NCBI GenBank assembly: GCA_013239625.1
Contig: MU055574.1
Location: forward strand, 20,506,115 to 20,570,114
Direction: 5' to 3'
From: Lama guanicoe
Taxonomy: Eukaryota
DNA: 64,000 nt
A model generated the notes under the pieces. It did no database searches. It saw only the letters and a program-made list of their open reading frames with translations, and was not told the origin of the DNA. Position 1 is the first letter of the stretch. Every line of letters starts with the position of its first letter. A program made the position numbers and the translations under genes. Below are positions 38,062 to 49,563 of the stretch, piece after piece.

Positions 38062-41000
38062 GTGGGTGGCTCGCCAGGACGCAGTCTTCGCTCCCGGTGC
38101 CCTGGAGCGCGGCAGGCGGGGTAGGGGGCCGGGGGCCCTGGGAGGAGGGGCGGGGGTCTCCGAGTCGCCACTGGTCCGCCCTCCCCCGAGGGAAAGTTGC
38201 CCGCGTAGTGGCGAAGGGTGAGAGATTGGGGGTCGTGCGCGCTGGTCGGGGGCGCGGGGGACCGGGCGTCCTGGCACTGGCCGGGGTCCGCCGCCGGGCC
38301 ACTTGTGGCTGTCAACTAAGTCCAGGGCGGCTTTGTGTGCGAGCGGCCGGCCGCCGCGACCCGCCCGGTGACATACTGCGGGCAGCCTCACGCCCAGCGC
38401 CTGCCCTCTCTCAGCGGTGCGCCTGCGAAAGTTGGAGGACGCAGGAACTACAGCTTTGCTTTGTTCCCACTCCACGTTTTCCTCAAAGTTCCAGCAGCGG
38501 GGCTTTGGAAGGGCCCCTTAGTGTGGAAAGACTCATCCTCACGGATGACCATGGAGTTGGGGGGTTTGGGTTTCATTTGCTGATTGATTTCCTCCATGTG
38601 GGTTTTCCATTTTCACTTTGAAGTAGCTTTTTTGCAGAAGGTGACTTTTTCTTTTTCTTTTTGGATGGGGGGAGTGGAGGGAGGTCATCCAGTATTGGTT
38701 TTCAATTCTTCACCCTTCACTTCTCCAAGCCTAACTTCCTGTCTGGTTGCTCACATGATGTCATTGTCTCCGGGTGGACTGTTCTAGTGGAGTCTTGCTC
38801 TGGGAACCATGATTGTATCATCACTCGTCCCAGTAAGGGCTGTGAGGGTCCTGCCGTCGCTGGAAGTCCCCGGGTTGGGGAATTACCAATTCTGAGAATT
38901 TTCTGACCAACCTTCTCTGGACTGTTCGGGATGATGGAAAATCCAGCTTGTATTTATTTTTAAAATTTCGGTTAAAAAAAAAGATGAAAAGTTCTGAAAG
39001 ACTAGTGAACAGTCAGCAGTAACCCCTGGTGCTAGCAAGTTACTTCTCAGGATGAAGTTTAGCGCAGTCTGAGCTGAATTTTGAGTTTGTGTTGGGGTTT
39101 TTGGGTTCTTACTCTTTCCTTGCATCAGAGATGGGCATATTAGCACTCCTGAGTTCAGACCTTGCAGAAATTGTTATTCTGAGGAGAGGGAGGCTGAACT
39201 CACAATGGAACGGAAAAGGCCCATATTCTTCCTTTTCCCTTTCTTGGAAAGGGGTAGGAGGGCAGGATACTGCTCATTAGTTTATAGGCCAGTTAGCTGC
39301 CGTGAGATACATAGTTACTTACATAAGCCCCCTGTTAAGAGAAAGAAGGGCCGCAACTAACACAAGGTCAGACTGCAAGTGACCTTTAATGGAGGAACTC
39401 TTGGAATAATGGCCGCTGTGACCAAACGCATCTGTGAGAAATTCACTCAGCTGGGCCAGTGGTGTTGAAGTCTTGGTGGTGTTAGCAAATTGGCATTCAT
39501 TTCTTAATAGTTAAGGTTAAAGTTGGTCTCAAGGCCAGACCCTTTCTCTGTGGCTGCTCGAGGAGGCCCTCAGTTTTGTGTTAGGGGTTGTCATCACAGC
39601 GCCTGGAACTTGGTTCATGAACTTCATCTCAAGGTTGAATGCGGCCTCTTGGTCCAGTAGGAAATGGCCGTTGTGTGTATAAGCACGTCCTCCTCATGGT
39701 CACGTGCGGGCATAACTTAGCAAATGCTAGACAGTCTTCCGAGGGGGATATGCATTTAGTGTGTGCCCTCTGTGGTCTTAGGACAGTGTTAGACTTGGTG
39801 TGTGTTCTTTCTGCCAGCTTTCCTCAGAACTGCAGTCCCCAGCCAGTTCACAGCTGGGCCTGTGCACATTTCTTTCCCATTATTGCTCTGTGGTTTCGCA
39901 CTGAGACTTCTCCAGAGCCACTTTTAATCTCTCTTTTAAACCCACTACCTGCAAAGTGAAATTCTTTGTTACTGTTTCAAGTGGATACCTTGCCTTAAGT
40001 TCTTAAGACCTTTTTTTTTTTTCTGGGGGCGGGGGTGTTAAAAAATCTGTGTACTTAAATGAGATAACACTGGTTAAAAGTTCCTTAACTCTAGCATGTA
40101 TTTGAATGGGATTGCGAGCTGATCATTTTTTAAAATCCAGTATGAAAAATTGTGCCAAGCAGCACCAAAACAGGATATGTTAAACTGCCTTCTCACTGTC
40201 TCCCTGGCGTCCATTTGTAAGTAACTCCCCCAGGTCTCCCTGGGAGTACGACAGGTCGACTTCTGCTGTGACTGTGCAGCTTGCCTAGATGGCAGTCCCC
40301 AGTAGACACAAGGTCACATTCTGATTGTTTATAAATTGGTTGCTCATAACTAGGAACACATTTTTCCATTGAAGACCCTCTTGTTCATTGTGGCTTGGTG
40401 CCTGGGACAGTTTCCAGACACCCATCACCTCAGCCGTGGGACTGGACTGCCCAGACACCATACAGCTTCAGCCAGAGGGCCCTGGGAGCACATTCTCATG
40501 GTCACTGGACGGGGGAGAGGATTTCCAGGGAAACAACCTCTCCTCCCCGAGCCCAGCTCTCTAGAACCCGGGAGTGCTCCTTTCTCCTGCAGCCCCTTAG
40601 GACCAGCAGGAGGGAGGTCCAGGCCTGCTTCCGGGGAGCTGGCAGGGCCTCTGTGAGCCCTCGGTGGAGGCAAAGCTTCGGGGTGAGCTGCGGCTCTGAC
40701 CACTCCGGGGGTAGGGGTGGTGGGCAGAGGTGCCGTCCTTGGTGCAGTTAGTTATTGAGGGGGATGGAGGAAACGGCCGGGCAAATAGTTCAGCAGCAGT
40801 TTAACACATTTGTGCCCACGGAAGAGCAGGTCTCTGCGAGTGGAGCGCTGAAAAGCAAGGACAAAGGCAAGTTTCCCAGAGTGCATGTGGCTCTCCCAGC
40901 ACTTTAGGTAAGTTGCTACTTGTTCTTTGGAGAGCCTCAGTCGTGTGTTTCTGAAGCTTCACGAGGATCGCTGCCCCTGTGCTGCGGAAGAAGTTGGTGA

Positions 41001-43123
41001 TTCTTAGTCACTCAGCGCTTTCTTGGGAGGTGGTGCGTAGTAGAAAGCACTGGATTCCAGAGGCCAGTGGGACTGGTTGAGGTCCTGGGGCCCAAAGGAG
41101 TGTCACGGTGGTGAGGGACATCCAAAGGTCAGTGGGACAGGACCTGCGAGAACAAAGGCAAGGCAGAGGCCAGGCCATGCAGAGTCACCAAAAGTGACCA
41201 AAGGCCCTCCACTTGTCCACAGCTTTACTCTTGACTGAGTGACTTACACTTTGTAAAGGGCCATCTTACATATTTATGTAATAGGTGAGTTTCCATCCTT
41301 TTTTTAGGTGTTAATAACATTCTTAATGAGTGAGGTCTTAACAGTTTGTCCTGGTTATAAAATAACACACTGGGCTGGCTTGATTTAGGTAGTTAAGTAC
41401 TTTAACATTTTTTCAGAACAGTTGTATAAATACTGGAAAGTTTTTTATTATATTGAGGACAAGAGAATAATGAAGCCAACTGGGAGATGAGGTTGGTTTA
41501 GTTGCTGTCTCTAAGGAGATTCCACCCCCAACCCTGTGTTTTTTTTTTTTCCCCTGAGGAACAGTGCTTAATATGCCTAATTTGAGCCACATGTTGAACC
41601 TGGACCACATCCATTTGTGTGTATAGATTTCTTGCAACAATAAGTATGTGTAGCCCAAGATTGTTAATTATGGGCACATTAGACTATGTGCTTTAATTCT
41701 AAGAACAGCATCCTGACAAAGTCCCAGGAAATGAATTCCTGATTGGGTTTCATATCTTTTATCGGTCTTTCACAGAGGGATTTTTGAAGGATGAGGTTGA
41801 GGAAAATGGTTTAGATGTCTTGCCTTTCTTTTGATCCTGGCATATTAAAACTGTTGTGCTGGGCAGAGGAAATTCACGAGGGTCACCGAACTGGGGCTGG
41901 TGCAGAAAGTAGCTCGTGGCTTTGGAGATACTGTTTTCTTTCTTTTTGTATTTTTTTTGTTCCCAGCCCTGAGACCTTTGGCAGTGCCCCCACTGGTCAT
42001 GGATAAGGTGGTATGAAGAGGTGGAGGTGGTTAGATTGTCCACCTATGGGTCCTTTGTGTTTTCCTCAGAGCTGACTCCTGACCAGTGAGGGACAGAGGC
42101 CTGAATTCATGCTAACGGTGTCTCCTCACCTTCACTCCTGGCAAAGTGACACAGGGTTCATTTATTCTCCAGGTACTCTTTAGGCATTTCCTAAGCAGAG
42201 GGGAAAACTGGGAGAGGCCAGAGCTGGAATGGAGACACCACAAAGTGAACAGCACACTGGGATCCGGGAGACTGCTGGCCACCACTGCTCTCCCCAGGGG
42301 GCCGCAACACTGAACAGCATCCCAATTTTAGATAATGTGTAATCTTAGTTTTGATTTTTGCTAATTTTTGCTAATTTTAAATAATGTATAAGCTTACTTT
42401 TGAGTTTCTGTTTGATCCAAGACTACTCTAGATGTTACTAGTTTTTGGCTACTTATTACTAAAGCTATTGTGAATATTTGGTTAAGATTTTGTGTGGACA
42501 TATGCTTTTTTATTTTTATTTGTTCGATAAGCACCTTAGGAGTGGGGTTGGTCAATGAATGGGGAGTGAGTGGTAACTTCACGGGAGCTGTCGAACTGTA
42601 TTCGGAAGCGGTTGTCCACTCTGATGTCCCACCAGCAGTATGAGAGGTCAAGTTCTACATCCTGGTTGATAGTGATCTTACCAGTATTTTAGCTGTAGCC
42701 CTCGAAGTGGGTTTGTCTTGGTATCCCAGTGTGGTTTTAGTTTTCACGTCCCTGCTGACTCATGGTGTTGAACATCTTTTCTTGAATTTATTGGGGTGCC
42801 TAATGGTGTTGAACAGTTTTCATGTGCTCATCGCTCATTTGGATCTTTTGTTGTGATTCTTAAAAAAATTTTTTGCCCCTCATCCGTTAACACTTTTTTG
42901 GGAATCATCTTCGTGAATTTTAAGAGTTCTTATGTGTTCTTAGTCAAGTCCTTTCTTGGGTATGTAAGATATGTATTTTCCCCCAGTCTTTGGCTTGCTT
43001 TTTTATTTTCTTAATATGTCCTTTAAAGAACAGATATTTTTAAGTTTCAATGAACTTAAATTCATCTTTTTTTTTTTTAATGGTTTCTGTTTTTTTTTGT
43101 AGCCTAAGAAATCTGTGCCTATC

Positions 43124-43350
43124 CCAGGGTTTTTCAGCCTCAGCAGTACTGACATTTGGCCTGAATAAATCTTTGTTGTGGGGCTGTCCTGTGCGTTGTG
43201 GGGTGTGAAGCAGCACCCCTGGCTGCTTCTACCCTTTAGATACCAGGAGCGCATCTCCCTGCCCCCCATCAGTTGTAACAAACAAAGATGTCTTCAGGTA
43301 TTTTAAGTGATCCCTGTGGGGCACAGTTACCTCCAGTTGAGACCCACGCT
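43124..43350. mobile_element. MER20 hAT-Charlie DNA transposon
   Basis: cagcagtactgacatttggcctgaataaatctttgttgtggggctgtcctgtgcgttgt...ccagttgagaccca. Confidence 0.8.
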
Positions 43351-43589
43351 GAGGTCAGAAATTTTTCTCCTGTGTTTGTTTCTAGAAGTTTCACAGTTTT
43401 AACTTTATGTTTAACCCTATGATCAATTCTGCAAGTTAATTTTTATGTGTCCTGTGAGGAAAGGGTGAAAGGTCCCCCCCCATTAACATACCTATTCCTG
43501 TTTATTAGTGTTTTATGTAGGGGGCTTACGACTGTTTTTAAGTGAGCTCAGGCTGTAATTTTCTTTGCTGTACTATTCTCGGCTGAATT

Positions 43590-43703
43590 TTTTTTTCAAT
43601 TTTTATTTTAAAAAATTCTCATTTAAGCCACTTTTTTTTTTAATGAAGATACCGGACCTCATGTATGCTAAGCACATGCTCTCCCACTGAGCTATACCCA
43701 CCC
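43590..43703 (-). mobile_element. Camelid SINE (Vic-1-like, internally deleted) inserted in old L1
   Basis: ggacctcatgtatgctaagcacatgctctcccactgagctataccc; TSD tctcggctgaattt/tcttggctgagttt. Confidence 0.75.
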
Positions 43704-46700
43704 ATCTTGGCTGAGTTTAGTATGAAGAATGTTTGCTTTGTGGAAAGAGCTAGTTAGCTTTTACTATTTTATATTCAGTGGAACAGTTTTGTGTAGGATG
43801 GACAATTGCTCTTCCTTAAATTTTGGTGGAATGCATTAGTAAAACTATCTGGGCCTGGTGCCTTTGTGGAGTTAAATTGTAGTGGAAGAGGAGTTTTACT
43901 TATGGTTCCAGTTTCATTTACTTTATTTTGAATAAATTTGATTTATTTTGAATGAATACATTTGATTTAGTACTTTTTCTTGAGTCAATTTTGGTAATCT
44001 GTTTTTTCCCAGGAAATTGTCATTTTAATTACATATTCATGCATGAATGTGTAGCAAGCTACTTTTATGCTTTGGGAAATACTTCTTTTATTTGTAGGTA
44101 AATTAAAAAACATTCCTGATGTTTATTTCCTTTTTTCCTCCTTAATCATATTTATTAAAATTTTATTTACTTTTTTTTAGCGTTTCAAAAGAACTGGCAT
44201 TTTATTTTATTCATCATCTCTGTCACTGTTGATTTTTGATTTGATTAATTTCTGCTCTTTATTGCTAACTTCTCCCTCATTTTTCTTTTTCTAGTTTGAG
44301 TTGAGAGCTTAGATCTTTTATTTTAAATCTTAACACAACTAAGAGATGAATTTAAGGCAGTGTGTTTCTTTGTCCTGAGTACTGCACTACTCAAAAATTT
44401 TGATACATAGCTTTTTCGTCCTTCAGTTCTAAATATTTCCTTCTTGTACCCAAAAGTTCTATTTCAACTTCCTTGACCCACTAATTCTTTAAAATCTTTT
44501 CCCCCGTTAAGTGGATTTTTCCCTCATTGTGGGCAGTAAATGTGGTGAAACTTACTGGCATTTCCCTTGTGGCTTAGCACCTAGTCAAGTTGGGAGTGTT
44601 CTTTGTGTTCAGAAAAAATGTTCTCTGTTTGGGTCAACGTTCCATGAATTGTGCTGTTCAGCTTTTCTTTATCCTAACTTATTTTGTCCTGCTTGGCTTG
44701 TCTTTTATACTTTGTATCTGGCTACCACCTTGGGCAGGGCTGCAGAAGAATGTCTCTGTCCTGTCTCCTAGCTTAGGAGTTCTCCTGCTGTTCATAAGCT
44801 CTTCAACTTTTTTTTTTTTAATTTTGCCAAGGTCTGTGGTTGATGTGTATTCACAGCTGCCTGTTCTTTCTTCATGGATGTCACAGCTTTCATCGTCCCT
44901 TGGAAGATGTGCTGTAAAGTTCTGTTCTGGTTGCTCTATTAATTCTCTTTCCTTGGGCCCAGTTCCTTTGTTGGCATTTGTCATCTCATTTTCATGGTGT
45001 TGGTGCCCTGGTGACGACTGGTGACTCTGGACTGTGCTCTTTGCAGTCGATCTCCTCTGGGACATTTTTTGCCTCTCTTTGTGCAGCTGTGCAGGAAAGA
45101 GCTGAAAGCAGTTGTTGGAGCTCGGCTGTAAATTGTTTGGGGGGAGACCGGGGGATGGGCAGGGCGTTCCTTTGGCTGGTGTGTCTCTGTGGCTGGTCTT
45201 AGGTGCTTTTCTGTCCTCCCGAGTATCACTCCCAGCCCTGTTCCTGCTCCGAGACAGCTGCTAAGCCCCTGTTGATTGCGATTGGCAGAGTACAGCGTGT
45301 TCTGCCTGCAGCTGGAGGCAGGAGAGCTGGATTATTGAGTTGGCTGTGGCAAATCGCATCTTTTCTCCGGATCTGTTTCCTCCCCAGGAGAGGTGGGAGT
45401 GGAGTTCTGGAAGACCCTGTCCTGCTTTTGAATCTGCACTCCTCCTTCCTCAGTAAGGCCTCAGGCCACTTACTGCTCTGCTGAGGTTTTAGAATTTCCC
45501 TTTCTGTCAGTGCAGGGTGCTCTCATGTTTTTAGGGTGGTATGAGAATCAGAGTGTGTAAGTGCCTGCCCATCCTCAGTGTTTCTAAGTGGCGGTGGTGG
45601 CAGTGATTGCTTTCTATGTATAAGTTAGAGTCTGCATTAGGTCAGTGGTATTTTTAGCCTGTTACTCTGCACCCCCCGGGTTCTCCACTGGGGCCTAGGA
45701 GTTTCAGCCTCAAGCAGAGGGCATGTCTTCTTTATGTTCTATACAGTGGCACTCCACCGTAAGAGTCCTTTTGCGAAAGAAATGTTTCCATCATGTAAAA
45801 AAGTTTTAAAGCCACCGGACTAAGTGATTCTCAGGGTCCACTTTGCATCTAGCGTGCTGCGGTTCTGCGGTAATGTATCCTTCAGGCTCCCTGCAGCTCT
45901 GAGTGGCAGATAGCCTCACCCCAGGAGGAGCTGCATGGTAGGAGGTGTGGGCTCCGCGAGGGTGCCAGGTGCCACGTGTCGGGCCGGCCCTGGGCCCTTT
46001 CCTGCTGTTCTCTTGGCATCGCCCTCCTTCCTGTGGCAGCTGCAGTGGTCCACCGTCCGGGGAAGAGGAGAGAGCCTCCTTGTTCATCTTTTGTCGGGGT
46101 CACGAAGCCCCAGAGGACCGAGACCGCACTAGGCTTCCCTGGAGGGGGCGGAGGCCGGATTCCAGGGGCCTGTTATGGGTGGGGGCTGGGACAGGAATGC
46201 GGCCCCATGGGGTGGGTGTGGGAGCGCCGGGTAAGCTCCACTCTGCCTACAACTTAGAAAACAGCTGCCCCCGGCGGGGTTTTGAGGTGCCCAAAGCCGC
46301 GCGTCACCAGCCTATTTCTGTCACCGTGTTCAGCAGCTGGGGCTGGGGTGGGGGGTGGGGGTGGAGCAGGTCGGGTGCATCCTGCGCAGCAGCGGGGTGC
46401 GGGGCTGGGAGCCCAGCCCCGCCAGTTCCCCTGAGCATGAGATTTGCCCTTCAGATCGGCCAGAGACCTTTGGTGGGAGTTTTCTGTTGCCTTTTGTGTT
46501 GCTTTCAGATCCCCCGGAGCAGCCGTCCTTCCATAAACATATGGGGGCAGCTTCCCTCGGGGTGGGAAGCAGATTCCTGCAAGGGTCACCGTTCACCGGG
46601 GGCCCGGGGAACGATAGGAAGTCAGAGAGATTGTGACAGTATCAGTTTTAGTTCTGTTTTGGGATATGAAGGGGCCAGGGGAAGACTGAGGAATGTGGAA

Positions 46701-46961
46701 ATAGCGAAAAGTGGCCTCTCCGGGTGGGCGGCCTGGGAGGGCAGTTTAGGAGCCGTCATTCCCATCTGAGCCTTGGCACTTTGGGGTTGTAAATACTCTC
46801 CGCGCATCCGTGTGTGCTGTAATAAAGCATGCAGAGCGGGAGTGCGCGCAGGGAGCTCACCCAGGAGGAGCTTGACCACTGGATTTTGATTGTGTGTAAA
46901 ATTAGTTCATTGCCACGTTTGAATATCTCTGTTCTCAAACCAGTTATACACTAAAAAAAAA

Positions 46962-47049
46962 TTTTTTTTTAATGGAGCTACTGGGGATGGAACCCAGGAC
47001 CTCATTCATGCTGAGTATGCGCCCTACCACTGAGCCATTCCCAGTCCCT
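46962..47049 (-). mobile_element. Camelid tRNA-derived SINE (Vic-1-like)
   Basis: ttttaatggagctactggggatggaacccaggacctc...ctaccactgagcc. Confidence 0.75.
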
Positions 47050-47339
47050 CAGTTACACATTTTAAAACATTGTTTTGTACTGAAAACAGCTCCCCAGCCC
47101 TCACTGCTCCTTGCCTGTGGTCTGCAAATAGAAACCCAAACCGCCAGCATGGAAGGGCTGAAGAACTGGGTTCCTAGAACTGACAGGGGTGCGTCTCCAC
47201 TGAGTCACCCTCTTTGTTCCTCCACCTGCTGTTGGCCGTCGAAGTGTTACTCACCACAGACAAAGTGAGAAGCCAGTGCGGCTCTCTCTTCTGCCTTTTT
47301 AGAGTTGATCTTTTAGAGGAGGCGTGTGAGTTGGTGGCT

Positions 47340-47960
47340 TTGGTTGACATACTGAGGCTGGGAAGAGGAGCAGTAGGGCAGTGCTGTTTTGTACAGGGTG
47401 CACCGTCCCAGGGTCTTCCTGGAGGCAGAGACCATGAAGGAAGTGAGGGCATCACCTGTGCATCTAACTGGGGAAAGAGTGTTTGAGGCAGAGGGACCCA
47501 TGGGTCAGATGCTCTGGCAGGAAGCAAGACTGGGAAGTGGTACAGGGGCCACTGTGGCCGCAGAGGCGTGAGCCAGGGAGAGGGTGGTTGGAGAATTATC
47601 TAGTAATGACTCTGGCTTTAATTCTGAAGGAGCCTGGGAGGATTTTAAGCAGAGGAGTGACCTCGGGTGGGGATGGCCTGAGGGAGGATGCTTTCAATTG
47701 TGGGAAGCACCCTGACTAGGTCAGGAGTTACAACAGATTGAACCAGGGTTGTGGCAGTGGGTCTGGTGAAAAGTGACCTGATTCTGGGTATTTTAAATAT
47801 GGAGCTGATAGGATTTGTTGATGACTGGATTTGGGATGTAAGGAGAGAAAGAAGAGAAAGCATGGCTCTTAGCTTTTTGGTCCGAGCAGTTGAAAGGATG
47901 GAGTTGCCGTTTTCAAAGACGGGGAGGCTTGTGGGAAGAACAAGTCTAGGGGGACCTGGA
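47340..47960 (-). mobile_element. LINE-2 fragment
   Basis: ggattttaagcagaggagtgac...ggatttgttgatgactggatttgggatgtaagg...ggatggagttgcc. Confidence 0.65.
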
Positions 47961-49476
47961 GAGACTGGGTGGGGGTTGTGCCTGTTCGCAGGTCATTCAG
48001 TGGAAGTGCTGGGGCTGGCCGGGGTGGGAGGTCGTTGCCGTTCCTTTAGGTGAACGCGTAAGGTGATAGCTGATGTGACAGTGGCCCTGCGCTTCCTGTT
48101 CCCAGCTGGGTGTTAGCTTTTCTGCGCCGTAAGTGCCAGTCTGATATTTGACCCCAGCACCTTCAAAGCAGAGACTTTCCTCTCATGTCAACCTCACTGG
48201 CCTTTGTGAAGAACTCGCACTCAATAGCGGCCTCGTTATTAACATCATGGACTCAGCCGAGCTGACTCGGAAGGCAGACCTTCTCATGCAGTGAGGGCTC
48301 TGAAGGAAGGGTACTGGGTCTGGGAGGGTTTTGGGGACTTTGGGGATGACCTGTTAGGGGACTGAGCATTAAGGTTTGATTTCTGTGCTGTAGGCGGGGT
48401 TGATGTCAAAGGCAGTTGAATCCAGACATCTGTATAATTAAGAAGGAGGTTTAGCTTGTAATTCAACCCGTTTTTAAGCATTCGAGGGACAAAGGATGAG
48501 AGCATCCAGATTTTAAAAAGGGCCTCACAGAGCAGGGTTTCAGGTTGAAATCCTGGCCTGCATCCTGATACCACAGACTCGATCTGAGTGAAAAATGCAG
48601 CAGGTGCAGCAGAGGCGGACAGGCCGGTCCTTCGTGGTAGGATCTGGTGCGGAGGGTGCTTGCCGAGTTACCGAGAGTTCAGTTCTAGCTTGCGCTGCAG
48701 CGACACCTCTTTAGGGAGAGTGTGTCCTGTCCTTTCCCACATGTTTCAGGGCCATCAGGCCTCTGTTCTGGTGAGCTAATGGCTACATGGCAGGCTCAGG
48801 TGCGCTTGAGTGCCTGTCCTGTCCCAAGATGTGGCAGGAGGAGCTGGTGTGTGAGTGTGTGTCCTGAGCCCCTGGTGTCTGTCTTGAGCTCCGTGAGCTC
48901 CGTGGAGAGGGTCCCCCAAACACGGGGCCCCCTCCCTTTCTCTTTCCTCTCCAGGTCCAGGCAGTGTCATGTGGCAATCCTTTAGGAAGGACTTAACCTT
49001 ACCTTTTTTGTAAACTCGGGTTTTAGGCAGTCTGAGTCCTGCTGCTGACCCACACGAGAGCTTAGATCCTAGTCTCTCAGAAGCTGCATGTTCCCCGTCT
49101 GGATTTTCCTCATGGGGGCTGTGGGGTCGCTCACCTCTGTAGACTGGGGAGGTGGGGCTCAGAGAGCTTAGGTGTATCCCCCGGCGCTGGTGGGGGTGGG
49201 GCAGGATTCAGGGCCAGGCACCTTTTGGGGTGCCCCACTCTCCATTTCACAGGACCTCTGCCTATCAGTCACGATGCGGGTTTTGAAAGCATCCCTGCTG
49301 ACTCCCTGGCACCTTGGCCTCTGATGCTGACTTAGAGCCTTGCTTCCAGTGGCTCCTTCTCCAGACAACTGGCTTCCTGCTCCCAGGCCCTGCGTAACTG
49401 CCCGGGAAAACCAAAGACTAATGTCTGGCATTTCCTTGTTTTTTTTTTTTTTTTCAGGCCCCATCTCTTTTTCCAA

Positions 49477-49563
49477 NNNNNNNNNNNNNNNNNNNNNNNN
49501 NNNNNNNNNNNNNNNNNNNNNNNNNNNNNNNNNNNNNNNNNNNNNNNNNNNNNNNNNNNNNNN
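49477..49563. other. Assembly gap (87 N)
   Basis: Run of N with near-duplicated flanks. Confidence 1.

Larger units (their letters stand above)
37300..38450. promoter_or_regulatory. IGF2R: IGF2R promoter CpG island (TATA-less)
   Basis: Very high GC and CpG density spanning exon 1, with multiple GGGCGG (Sp/KLF) boxes. Confidence 0.93.
42440..44480 (-). mobile_element. Old degenerate LINE-1 (L1M) fragments in intron 1
   Basis: T-rich antisense L1 text (tgttgaacatcttttc; ctagaagtttcacagtttt; tagtaaaactatctgggcctggtg). Confidence 0.65.

Noticed and set aside
37226-38221. 331-aa ORF over the IGF2R promoter
   Set aside because: Only 37913-38061 is exon 1 coding; the rest is stop-poor CpG-island sequence upstream of the TSS or past the splice donor.
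45945-46769. 274-aa ORF in intron 1 (and the 234-aa minus ORF at 55316-56020)
   Set aside because: No recognisable domain, non-ATG starts, GC-rich composition; consistent with chance ORFs.
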